64,000 nt of DNA from Vulcanimicrobiota bacterium (GCA_017307785.1 JAFKGI010000028.1:22752-86751), one strand, 5' to 3'; counted from the first letter of the stretch, positions 26,270 through 35,243 are shown. A program made the numbers and translations. Notes: generated by a model from the letters alone, not told the origin.

Positions 26270-26736
26270 AGATCGGGCTGCTCTCGGACACTCACGGTCA
26301 TTTCGATCCCGCCTGGCACGAAGTATTGGGCGATTGCGATGAAATCTGGCACGCCGGTGACATTGGCAGTCTCGAGGTGAGCGACGGCCTCAAAGCCTGG
26401 GCTCCGCTGGTAGCCTGTTACGGCAACATCGACGATGCGGCCGTGCGCGCCCAGTATCCCGAACACGTCCACTTCGAGCGCGAGGGAGTGAAGATCTGGC
26501 TGACCCACATCCTCACTCCCCAGGTCAAAAAGCAGCTCAAAAGCGTGCAACCCGATCTCCTGATCTTCGGCCATTCCCACATTGTCAAAGCCGACCGCGA
26601 CAAGTTGGGCGTCTTCCATCTCAACCCCGGCGCTTGCGGCCGCCAGGGAATCCACCTGGTGAAAACCATGGTGACCTTCGAAGTTCAAGATCGGCGAATC
26701 AGCGCGATGCGAATCCACAACCTGGGAGCCAGGTAA
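26266..26736 (+). CDS. YfcE/MJ0936-type metallophosphoesterase (CTG start proposed)
   Basis: The sequence LKIGLLSDTHGHFD...HAGD...GNID...GHSH carries the full metallophosphoesterase motif set. There is no ATG, GTG or TTG between the motif-I region and the upstream gene. The CTG at 26266 overlaps the EcsC stop as CTGA. Confidence 0.7.
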   Translation: MKIGLLSDTHGHFDPAWHEVLGDCDEIWHAGDIGSLEVSDGLKAWAPLVACYGNIDDAAVRAQYPEHVHFEREGVKIWLTHILTPQVKKQLKSVQPDLLIFGHSHIVKADRDKLGVFHLNPGACGRQGIHLVKTMVTFEVQDRRISAMRIHNLGAR

Positions 26737-26765
26737 GCCTCCCGCCCGAACCGAACCCAGCACCC

Positions 26766-26933
26766 ATGCTGGACGCCCCCAAGCTCCGAGACTTACTGGC
26801 CGACTTCCAAAAGTTGATCGGCGAACAGGAACCTCCCACCCGCCGCACCCCCGCCCAACAACGCGAAAAGGTCCGCAAGTTGGTGGACGAGTGGCTGAAT
26901 CAGCTGGTCGGAATGGAAGTGGACGTACCGTGA
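26766..26933 (+). CDS. small hypothetical protein (55 aa)
   Basis: MLDAPKLRDLLADFQKLIGEQEPP... from the internal ATG. Its stop overlaps the next start as GTGA. Confidence 0.4.
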   Translation: MLDAPKLRDLLADFQKLIGEQEPPTRRTPAQQREKVRKLVDEWLNQLVGMEVDVP

Positions 26934-27442
26934 TCTGTCTGCAATGCGGTCGAGAGCAAAAAGGCGAAGTGGAGCAATGCTCCGACTGCCACCACAGCTT
27001 CGAAGTCTTTCCCCCCTACGTGCGCTGCAACCACGTAGCCCAACTGCAGCAAGCCCTGCGCCAGTGCAAATCGGGCGCTATCAGCCTGGAGCAGTTCGCC
27101 GAAATTTACGGGCGCTTCGCGGAGCTGGGCCTGGACTTTCAGCAGCGATGGCGAGCGGACGCCCAGACCAGTCTGGTGGACGGTCTGCCACCAGAACTGA
27201 AAGCCCGTTACCAGGCGGGAGTTGCCGAACTAGACCAGGCGCTCAACCTGCTGGAGGAGGCCCTGCAGTGCCTGGACCAGTGCTTGGAGTCGGGATCCGA
27301 CACCGACTTCGCCAAGGCCGACGAACTGCTGACCGATTTTTTCAAGGTCGGATGCGGCGGCTGCGCCATCCTGATGGAGGAGCTGGACAAAACGGAAACC
27401 AGCGATTCCGCGGGCACGTTTCTGGACGTTCGCGGACTTTAG
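26930..27442 (+). CDS. zinc-ribbon-containing hypothetical protein
   Basis: 170 aa from GTG 26930 (VICLQCGREQKGEVEQCSDCHH: CxxC...CxxC), followed by a helical Cys-containing region. Confidence 0.6.
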   Translation: MICLQCGREQKGEVEQCSDCHHSFEVFPPYVRCNHVAQLQQALRQCKSGAISLEQFAEIYGRFAELGLDFQQRWRADAQTSLVDGLPPELKARYQAGVAELDQALNLLEEALQCLDQCLESGSDTDFAKADELLTDFFKVGCGGCAILMEELDKTETSDSAGTFLDVRGL

Positions 27443-27534
27443 AAAACTTGTTATGAAAACATCTTTTTTGTTCAGACCCGTTTAAGGGCGACCCTGTAAA
27501 TTCTCCTCAAGGCCAGCTTACAAACACACATCGA

Positions 27535-28671
27535 ATGGGGCTGAGTCTTCTAGGAGGGCAATTGAATACCATCGCGTTCGCACCCCAGCAAGAAGTTGCT
27601 GGCGGTAACCTTAGAGTTCAACAACCCGCGGCTCGTGCAGCCGCTCCCGTGGCCCAACCGGCCGCGACTCCCCGCGCCGACCAGGCCCAGGTGACCGACG
27701 TAAACCCCTTCGAGGGTTTCGCTCCCGACTTCACCCGCGTGACCGTCGACCGCTGGCGCAAAGGACCGAATGACTCCATCGAGCACATCCTGCGCAACCA
27801 GGGATACACTTCCAACGATATCTATAAGAAAGACAAGAACGGCCAGAGCTTGATTCAGCGCGTGGCCACCGCCAACGGTCTGAAAGACCCCAACCTGATC
27901 CGCCCCGGCCAGAAGGGCCTGAAGGTTCCGGTCAAAGACAAGCCCGAGGCTCCCCAGACCGAAGCTCCCAAGCCGGTGGTCGAAAAGCCCGAAGCCCCCA
28001 AGCCTCCTGTCGCCGAGCAGCCCGAAGCCCCGAAGCCCCCGGTCGCCGAAGAGCCGCAGCAGCCGGAAGCCCCCAAAACCGAGGAGCAACCCGCCGCCAA
28101 GCCCAAAAAGCGTCACGGCTTCCTCTGGTTCGGCCGCAAGGAAAAGCCGGAAGCGACCCCTCCCGCCCCGCCTGCTCCGCCTGCTCCTCCCGCCCCTCCC
28201 GCTCCGCCGGTGGTGGACAACGCCCAGCCGCCGGCCCAGCCCCCCGCCGCCGACCAGGGCACCGACCCCGCCAGCATCGCGGCCGCCGAAGCTTCCGAAG
28301 TCAACTTGCTGATGAAGGGCGTCACCGACGGCAAGTTCACCCGCAACGAATTCATGGCCCTCAACGCCACCGCCAATCAATACACCGAGCTGCGCGCCCA
28401 GTATGCCAAAGATGGCTTCAAACCCGAGCAGACGGTGGAACTTTCCCAGGTCCAGGCCCAGTATGGCGCGATGTATGGCCGTTTCCTGGCCGACGACAAA
28501 GCCAAAGTCACCTTCTCGGGTGGCGACTCGCAGGACCCCGCCGCCCGCTTCCGGGCTCAACAGAACGAACAGGGTGGTCAGTTCTATGACCAGTTCGTCA
28601 ACAAGCAGATGGACGAAGCCACCATCAAGGCTCGTCTGCTGGCCCAGCGCCAGGCTGCCGGCGCCCAGTAA
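27535..28671 (+). CDS. LysM-domain protein with proline-rich tandem repeats
   Basis: 378 aa. LysM-like segment DSIEHILRNQGYTSNDIYKKDKNGQSLIQRVATANGLKDPNLIRPGQKGLKVP. PEAPKPPVAE-type repeats lie at about 27937-28105 and a (PPA)n run at about 28158-28210. No signal peptide. Confidence 0.8.
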   Translation: MGLSLLGGQLNTIAFAPQQEVAGGNLRVQQPAARAAAPVAQPAATPRADQAQVTDVNPFEGFAPDFTRVTVDRWRKGPNDSIEHILRNQGYTSNDIYKKDKNGQSLIQRVATANGLKDPNLIRPGQKGLKVPVKDKPEAPQTEAPKPVVEKPEAPKPPVAEQPEAPKPPVAEEPQQPEAPKTEEQPAAKPKKRHGFLWFGRKEKPEATPPAPPAPPAPPAPPAPPVVDNAQPPAQPPAADQGTDPASIAAAEASEVNLLMKGVTDGKFTRNEFMALNATANQYTELRAQYAKDGFKPEQTVELSQVQAQYGAMYGRFLADDKAKVTFSGGDSQDPAARFRAQQNEQGGQFYDQFVNKQMDEATIKARLLAQRQAAGAQ

Positions 28672-28707
28672 CCCTCCCCCTCTTCACACACAAAGGAGTT
28701 TAGAACC

Positions 28708-30624
28708 ATGATGCTCTCTTCCGTAAACGAAGGCCGCGCCTTCAGCCGCCTTTCCCCCGTCAACCGCCCCCCCGCCAGCAAGGAAAGCCAACCCCAGGAC
28801 GGTTTCACCCCCTCGGGTGACACCCAGGAAGTGCAGGCCAGCAAGCCCACCCGTCAAGCCGGCACCAGCGCTCTCACCAAGGCCGTCATCGGCACCAGCC
28901 TGGCCGTCTCGGCCTTCACCGGCCTGGCTCCCTCAGCCCACGCAGCCGTGTCCGCAATGGTGCAGATGCAGCCCAAGCCGACCAACGGGCTGAACGTCAT
29001 CGTCCTCCCCAACAACACGCCCCGCCTGGACATCTTCAGCGCCGGCAAACACGGCATCGACCGCGACGTCAACCCGCGCGACTACACGCAGGTCGGCCTC
29101 GACCTGGGCAACGGACTCTTCCAGGACACCCACGGCAACCTCTCGGTGGTGCCCTACCTGGCCTACGACTGGAACGTGCAGGCCAGCGACTTCCAGCGCG
29201 TCGACATGGGCGTCAAAGGCCAGTCGATCGAGCGCTTCGGCGGCACCGTTCAGTTCTCCGAATCCTCCACCAAGCGGGAAATCTACTCCGAGTCGGGAGC
29301 CAAGACCACTCTCACCGGCCACAACGGCAAAACCGTCTTCGAGCGCAAGAACGACGGCAGCATCTCGGTCACCACCGAGAAAGACCACTACACCATCCGC
29401 CAGGACGGCATGTTCACCCGCATTCAGCGCGAAGGCCAGCCCGACATCAACGTGATGCGTTCCGGTGGCGAAATTCGCATCATCGAGAACAACCGCGCCT
29501 TTGCCGGTTCCTCTTTGAAAACCGACGGTTCCGTAACCACCATCAGCTCGGCTGGCGAAACCACCAGCACCCGCTCCGAGAGTGGCACCATCATCAATAT
29601 CGACGGCAAAAAGGGCCTCCGCGACGCCACCATCATCCGCGACGGCCAGACCTTCCTGGGCGGCAAAGACCGCGACCGCATGAACGTCAATGACCAGAAG
29701 TTGCTGGACGAAGCCAAAGCTCGCTATGACGACGTGATGGCGCAGCTCGAGCAAGTGGAACCCGGTTTCGCCCAAAAGCACCCGGTCGTGGCTGAAGTTC
29801 TTCAATACGCGGCGGCCAATCCGGCCCTGCTGATGGAGAAAGGCCAGAACACCGGATTCGTGCAGGCCGGCACCCTGCTGGCCACCACCAGCGCCGGAGC
29901 CAAGACGATTGGAGCGATGGGACTGGAAGCCGCCGCCATCAATATGGCCAACAGCGCTCGCGCTCTGGGCGCCGCCGCGCTGGCCGCCAAGGCCGCCGCT
30001 CAAGCCCAGGCCGCGGCCGGCAATCTGGCCCAGGCCGCTTCGCTGGCCAAAGACGCACAAGCCTTCGCCAGCCAGGCCAACGCCGCCAAAGACAACGCCA
30101 TCGCCACCGGCGGCAAGGCGATGAAAACCGCCAACCTGGCCCGCGTGCTGGCCGGCGTCGGTGGTGCCCTGGAAATCGTCAACGGCATTATGAACATCAA
30201 AGACGGCAAGACCGACCGGGCCCTCATCCAGGGCGCCCGCGCCGTCACCGAAAACAGCATGGAGCGCTGGTCGCAGGTGATGACCGGAGCCGACCGCGTG
30301 GCCGTCCAGGACGACTACGACAAAGTCATCAAGGTGATGGATCAGCTCGACAAACAAGCCGACAAGAAAGTGCGCGTGGGCGCGATGAAAATCGGCCTGG
30401 GTGGCCTGATGGTGGTCAGCGCTCTACTCGGACCGGAAGCCCCGCCCATCCTGGGCGCCATCGGCGTGGCCGGCGGCGTAGGCGTCGCCGTCTACGAGCA
30501 CTGGGGACCGATCAAGAGCTTCCTCACCGGCGAGTCCAACAAGGTCCCCACCTTCCTGGACATCCTGCCCAACAAAGACGAAGTCATCATCCACCTCGAC
30601 GGCAAGCAGCCCATCAAAAAATAA
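28708..30624 (+). CDS. large Ala-rich protein with C-terminal hydrophobic helical hairpin, unknown function
   Basis: 638 aa; SD AAGGAG lies 9 nt upstream. A long N-terminal extension precedes a signal-like H-region (TSALTKAVIGTSLAVSAFTGLAPSAHA). It also has an Ala-rich coiled segment and the hairpin MKIGLGGLMVVSALLGPEAPPILGAIGVAGGVGVAVY. Confidence 0.75.
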   Translation: MMLSSVNEGRAFSRLSPVNRPPASKESQPQDGFTPSGDTQEVQASKPTRQAGTSALTKAVIGTSLAVSAFTGLAPSAHAAVSAMVQMQPKPTNGLNVIVLPNNTPRLDIFSAGKHGIDRDVNPRDYTQVGLDLGNGLFQDTHGNLSVVPYLAYDWNVQASDFQRVDMGVKGQSIERFGGTVQFSESSTKREIYSESGAKTTLTGHNGKTVFERKNDGSISVTTEKDHYTIRQDGMFTRIQREGQPDINVMRSGGEIRIIENNRAFAGSSLKTDGSVTTISSAGETTSTRSESGTIINIDGKKGLRDATIIRDGQTFLGGKDRDRMNVNDQKLLDEAKARYDDVMAQLEQVEPGFAQKHPVVAEVLQYAAANPALLMEKGQNTGFVQAGTLLATTSAGAKTIGAMGLEAAAINMANSARALGAAALAAKAAAQAQAAAGNLAQAASLAKDAQAFASQANAAKDNAIATGGKAMKTANLARVLAGVGGALEIVNGIMNIKDGKTDRALIQGARAVTENSMERWSQVMTGADRVAVQDDYDKVIKVMDQLDKQADKKVRVGAMKIGLGGLMVVSALLGPEAPPILGAIGVAGGVGVAVYEHWGPIKSFLTGESNKVPTFLDILPNKDEVIIHLDGKQPIKK

Positions 30625-30636
30625 CGCCTTGACCGT

Positions 30637-30925
30637 CCTGCCTGGTCCCCGTCAAGAAGGGGGACCAGGGGGATGGGGGGACTCTGGAGACCGCAACGCT
30701 CAAGATTCCGGCAACCCCTCCTGGACGGAGCAGGCGCAGAATGGATGGGTCGCGGTAAGGCCGACTTTTGCTTGTGATGGTTTCTAGAGTCAGGTCGATC
30801 ATGAGCCAGGCCTAACCCTAAAAATCAACATGCGCAATAGCTGAGCCGAGGCACCGAAAGCAAGCGCCCATTGCTGAGCTCTTTCCATCTCCCCCTGGTT
30901 CCCTTCTTCCCCTTTCAAAAGAAGC
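30637..30925. repeat. full-length dispersed-repeat copy, inverted relative to the 43.4-44.1 kb copies
   Basis: The reverse complement of 30735-30835 aligns with the core ttgcgcatattgatttttaaggttaggcctggctcatgatcgacccaactctaaaaccatcacaagcaagaactcggccttgcc. The region 30838-30925 matches the purine-rich P module in reverse complement. Confidence 0.75.
30641..30669 (+). terminator. GC-rich hairpin just downstream of the 638-aa gene (possible terminator; part of the dispersed repeat)
   Basis: 10-bp stem CCTGGTCCCC / GGGGACCAGG with a 9-nt loop, 17 nt after the stop. No U-tract follows. Confidence 0.35.
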
Positions 30926-31223
30926 AGGGGCCTGGCATTCCCCCCTCGTCGGGTTGGCAACATGTTGGCCATAACGCGGCTACGCCCAAAGAGTAAAACC
31001 ATGGAAACGAGGCCCACATAGCGGGTCCAACAGGGGGAAACTTCCATGCTCAACGCTCAAATTCGCCGCAATCTGCAGCAAAATCAACCATCTCAGACCC
31101 TGACCGTACGGCCCGAGCTGTTTATCGCTCAGGCCGATCTCAGCAACGCCTCTCACGAACCTCAGGACGTCTTCGTGCCGCGCGATCCGTGCCTGGAACA
31201 GCCCGCAACCCCGGCTTTCCGAG

Positions 31224-31721
31224 TTACGGCCCAAGCCTGAGGCTTTTGCGCAAACCCTCGCTGACCTCGATGCGACGCTTGTCGTCCATCGACTCGTAGC
31301 TTCGCAGGGCCACCGCAAAGTAGCGGCCGTCTTTGAGGTCGCGCTCAAAAATATCGATACGGCAAGGGCGGTTCAGCTGGCTGTGATAGACCAGATGCCG
31401 TCCACCGACATCGCCAATCACCGCCTTGTTGATCTGCTCAGGAGTTCCGCTCAGCCCCAGGTAGGTGCTGAGGAAGTAGCGATGCACGCTCTGACCGGCT
31501 TCGGCCAGACTGCGGACCTGCTCTCCCGAAGCCACGAAAGTCAGAATCTCGGCCTCCGGGGTCCCTTCGGCGGGAAAATGCAGTTCCTGAGCATCCACCC
31601 CGGCCCGCGCCGGCTGACTGAACTCCAGCGGTAGCTCAAAGCTCAATCCTTGACTCTGATATCTTTGTTCAGCTCCCACCAGACCGGCCAGCGCCAGCAT
31701 CATCACAAGTCTCTTGAACAT
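31224..31721 (-). CDS. secreted hypothetical protein
   Basis: 165 aa with signal peptide MFKRLVMMLALAGLVGA. SD GGGGAG lies 8 nt upstream. Confidence 0.65.
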   Translation of the reverse strand: MFKRLVMMLALAGLVGAEQRYQSQGLSFELPLEFSQPARAGVDAQELHFPAEGTPEAEILTFVASGEQVRSLAEAGQSVHRYFLSTYLGLSGTPEQINKAVIGDVGGRHLVYHSQLNRPCRIDIFERDLKDGRYFAVALRSYESMDDKRRIEVSEGLRKSLRLGP

Positions 31722-32024
31722 GAAAAAAGCTCCCCTTCACGGAGAGCCTTCTCAGAAACTTTAGAATTGCTTGCTTAGCGCTCGGACTGGGCCAGCAACA
31801 ACATCAACAGCTCACGGGCCAGCTGGGTTTGGGGTTGGCAGGAGTCCTGAAAATTCTGGTGATTCATACGCCCTCCGAGACTTTTTCTTTATTTTGTGAA
31901 CTGATTGTAACCCGCCGCCCCTGTCCATGAGTTTGCCAAACGGCACCAATTCCGATCCAATCCGTCAACAACCCTCACTCCCGTTTCACTCCTGTTTAAC
32001 CAAGGCGTGCTGCCAACTATCCGT

Positions 32025-32223
32025 CGGGAAGGGGGACCGGGGGGATGATGGAGATGGGGAGACGGCTGAGCGGCAAGGCCGACCCGATCAGAGGTTGCTT
32101 TTAGGACGTTGGGTCAGTCGTACGCTTCGCCACTTTTCAAGAACGCCCGGCACCCGGTCGGCTAGTAGGAGTGCGGCAACGAAGCGTCTCCTGGTCTCCC
32201 ATTCACCCTGGTCCCCCTTCCGG
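32025..32223. repeat. two ~40-nt dispersed-motif copies in inverted orientation (long imperfect palindrome)
   Basis: 32025-32066 (cgggaagggggaccggggggatgatggagatggggagacggc) versus the reverse complement of 32184-32223 (ccggaagggggaccagggtgaatgggagaccaggagacgc). The partial core continues at 32060-32115. Confidence 0.65.
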
Positions 32224-32271
32224 ACACAAGTCGGCAGAACGGTAGCGGAGCCCCCCTCAGAACGGCAACTT

Positions 32272-33276
32272 CTAACGAGCGTCGTATTGGAGGAGAGGTT
32301 CGAGGCGGCCGCTGGAGCCGAATTCGGCCAGCACTTTGACTTCCCCGGACGAGATCGGGACCAGCGAGCGGAACTGTCCCATCTTACCGGGCACCCCGAC
32401 CAGCGCGTAGGAAGTACCGCCGGTGGTGACCAGTACGCGATCGGCCATGGGGACCTCCAGATGGAATTCCACGTTGCCGCTGCGCAGGGTGCCCTCGCTG
32501 GGCTTCATCAGCCGGGTGCTGCGATAGTTGAAAGAGACGAATTTGCGGGGAACGGCCAGCGGAGCGCTGGAGACGACCGGCGCGGTGGCGGGTCCGGCCG
32601 GACCAGGCCCCGCCGTCCCCGAATAATCCTGAATGGGGATGATGGTTCCCATCCCATTGTGCGGCTCCTTGACGGGAACCAGAGCGTCGAAGTCGGTCCG
32701 AGCGATGGGACTGTCCACCAGTTGCCACTTGCTATCGTCGGGGAAATGACTGGTCAAGAATTCCTTGGGGTCGGAGCAGAAGTAGAAGTCGGTGGGACTG
32801 CGGTGAAAATCGTTGCCGCTCACAAATCCCGCTCCCCAGGTGCAGTCCAGCAGCTTCCACTCGCCGTCCAGCATCACCGCGTTCCAGGCGTGCGACTCGG
32901 CCTTGCCGCCGTCCATACTGCGTCCGATGCCAACCACGATCTCCGTCTTCAAGCCAGCCCGTCTGGCCATTGCGTCAAAGAGAGTCGCATAGCCCTGACA
33001 AACCGATTGGCGCCGCTGTAGAACGGTGGGCGGCGAGCAATCGCGGGGAGCGCTCTTGGGAGCGCGCAGCATGTAGATATCGTAATTAATATTGGCCGCG
33101 ATCCAGCGATAGATGCGTTCCGCTTTGAGTCGCGGGGTGTTGGCCGTGCCGGTCAGGTAGTCGGCCAGCCGATTGTAGTCTTGTTGATACTGCTGAGGGA
33201 CCTCCAGGGCCGTTTCCGGACCCTTGGCCCAGGCCAGAGAGCAAAGCAGCAAACAAACGATCCATAGCACCCGCAT
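32272..33276 (-). CDS. secreted transglutaminase-like cysteine peptidase-fold protein
   Basis: 334 aa from ATG 33276, with SD AGGAG 5 nt upstream. Signal peptide MRVLWIVCLLLCSLAWA. Cys-His-Asp core: SVCQGYATLF, HAWNAV, LLDCTWG. Confidence 0.8.
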   Translation of the reverse strand: MRVLWIVCLLLCSLAWAKGPETALEVPQQYQQDYNRLADYLTGTANTPRLKAERIYRWIAANINYDIYMLRAPKSAPRDCSPPTVLQRRQSVCQGYATLFDAMARRAGLKTEIVVGIGRSMDGGKAESHAWNAVMLDGEWKLLDCTWGAGFVSGNDFHRSPTDFYFCSDPKEFLTSHFPDDSKWQLVDSPIARTDFDALVPVKEPHNGMGTIIPIQDYSGTAGPGPAGPATAPVVSSAPLAVPRKFVSFNYRSTRLMKPSEGTLRSGNVEFHLEVPMADRVLVTTGGTSYALVGVPGKMGQFRSLVPISSGEVKVLAEFGSSGRLEPLLQYDAR

Positions 33277-33313
33277 GCCGACTCCTGTTCGACCGACCCG
33301 AACCAATTTCCCA

Positions 33314-35203
33314 TCAAGGCAAGGCGAAGGCCACTACCGCCTCGCCCAGAGGCGTTCCCGCCTTGCCGTGACCACCCGCGCAGATCACCACATACTGCTT
33401 GCCGTCCAGTTCGTAGGTCATGGGAGCGGCGTGAGCCGAAACGGGCAACTGGGACTTCCACAGCAGCTTCCCGCTGGCGCTCTCGAAAGCCCGCAGATGA
33501 CCATCCATCGTGGCCGCCACAAAAGTCACCCCACCCGCCGTACAGGAAGGGCCACCCAGCGAAATCGAACCCCACTTCTCCGCCTCGGGATATTTGACCG
33601 GGTCCACCATGCTGCCCAGAGGAACCTCCCAGGCCAGCTCCCCTTTGACCAGATCGACGGCGGCCAGGGTCCCCCACGGAGGTTTGGTCATAGGGCGCAG
33701 GTGATCTTTGGAATCCATGAGATACTCTCGCTTGACGATGTAAGGCGTGCCCTTCATCATCCCAACTTCGCTTTCCAGACGTCGGTCGGGCTGCGGCTGA
33801 GTCTCGTCGAACTGCGCTCGCGGCACCAGGGTGACCACCGCCGCCACGCGATTCGTGGCTCCGATCAGAAGACCCCGCTCGGCGTCGTAGGTTAGACCCC
33901 CCCAGTTAAAACCACCGATGTTACTGGGAGCCAGCACGCTGCCACGCAAACTCGGAGGAGTGAAAATACCGGCGCTACGCAAGCGCGCAATCCACTCCCG
34001 GGCGGCTTGCAAACTGGTCTCGTCGGGTCCCCAGGCTTCCTCCACGTCCACCTTGCGCAGACCGAAAACCGGTAGCTTGGTTGGGAACGGCTGGGTAGCC
34101 GAGCTTTCTTCCCCCTCCACGTCGCTGCGCAATACGGGGCGCTCTTCCACCGGGAACACCGGTAAGCCGGTGTCTCGATCCAACACAAAGAGGTGGCCCA
34201 TCTTGGTGCCCACCGCCACCGCTTCCCGTCCGCCCGGAACGGTCAAAAGCACCGGCTGCATCGGAACATCATAATCCCACAAATCGTGATGAACGACCTG
34301 ATAGTGCCAGCGCGGCTGCCCGTCCAGCGCCCGCAAGGCCACCACCGAATTGGCCATGGCGTTGGCGCCACGGCGCTCGCCGCCATAATAATCGGGACTG
34401 GGGCTGGTAGTGGAAACGAATATGAGATTGCGCTTGGGATCCACCGAAATCGGGGGCCAGGCGTTGGCGGCACCGGTCTGATGGGCTTTGGGACCCTTCC
34501 AGGTGTCGTAGCCTTCGTCACCGGCGCGGCGCGGCACCGGATCCCAGGTCCAGCTCAAAGTGCCGCTCTTGCGGTCGAAAGCGCGCACGATTCCGCGCGC
34601 TTCTTCGCTGGCCAGATTGTCTCCGATAGCCGACCCCACCACCACAAGATCTCCCAACACCGCCGGCGGCGAGGTCACCTGATAGTTGCCGGGGACGGTG
34701 GCGCCGGCCTCCGGTCCTTTCAAATTGATCTCGCCGGCCTTGCCAAAATCGGCACAGGGTTTGCCGGTCTGAGCATCCAGAGCGATCAAGCGGGCATCCA
34801 GAGTGGCCAGATAGATCCGACCCTGGCTGTAGGCCAGGCCGCGACAAGTCACTTCCGAAAAAGGCTGCGTGCGATCCAGTTGAGGATCGTAAACCCAGAG
34901 TCGGGTTCCATTGGCGGCGTCCAGGGCCAAGACCCGATTGGTGGGCGTCACCACGAAAAGCGTGCGACCCACCTTGAGCGGCGTGCACTCAAAGGCCGCC
35001 TTCTCGCCGAGGCGAGTGCCGGCATAGGTCTTGAGTTCTTCGGTGGGCACGCTCCAGGCCAGCCGCAACCCGGCCACATTGGCCGCGGAAATCTGGGAAA
35101 GGGGAGAAAAACGGGTGCCTCCGTCGTCACCCCCATAGGCGGGCCAATCCTGAGCGTGGCTCCAACTCGCCAACAGCAAAACCAAACAAATCGCCTTTTT
35201 CAT
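33314..35203 (-). CDS. PQQ-dependent dehydrogenase (quinoprotein beta-propeller, glucose/quinate type), secreted
   Basis: 629 aa from the internal ATG (MKKAICLVLLLASWSHAQDWPAYGGDDGGTRFSP). It has repeated W-containing propeller blades and a typical quinoprotein N-terminus. Confidence 0.85.
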   Translation of the reverse strand: MKKAICLVLLLASWSHAQDWPAYGGDDGGTRFSPLSQISAANVAGLRLAWSVPTEELKTYAGTRLGEKAAFECTPLKVGRTLFVVTPTNRVLALDAANGTRLWVYDPQLDRTQPFSEVTCRGLAYSQGRIYLATLDARLIALDAQTGKPCADFGKAGEINLKGPEAGATVPGNYQVTSPPAVLGDLVVVGSAIGDNLASEEARGIVRAFDRKSGTLSWTWDPVPRRAGDEGYDTWKGPKAHQTGAANAWPPISVDPKRNLIFVSTTSPSPDYYGGERRGANAMANSVVALRALDGQPRWHYQVVHHDLWDYDVPMQPVLLTVPGGREAVAVGTKMGHLFVLDRDTGLPVFPVEERPVLRSDVEGEESSATQPFPTKLPVFGLRKVDVEEAWGPDETSLQAAREWIARLRSAGIFTPPSLRGSVLAPSNIGGFNWGGLTYDAERGLLIGATNRVAAVVTLVPRAQFDETQPQPDRRLESEVGMMKGTPYIVKREYLMDSKDHLRPMTKPPWGTLAAVDLVKGELAWEVPLGSMVDPVKYPEAEKWGSISLGGPSCTAGGVTFVAATMDGHLRAFESASGKLLWKSQLPVSAHAAPMTYELDGKQYVVICAGGHGKAGTPLGEAVVAFALP

Positions 35204-35243
35204 GCGCAGGGAATTTGCTGGCCCGACTTGCATTCCCTGGCTT

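Noticed and set aside
31046-31240. 64-codon ORF (MLNAQIRRNLQQNQPSQTLTV...) in the gene-poor stretch after the repeat.
   Set aside because: It has only a weak purine-rich stretch upstream and no recognisable motif. It overlaps the 3' end of the convergent 31224-31721 gene. I cannot support it without conservation or expression data.
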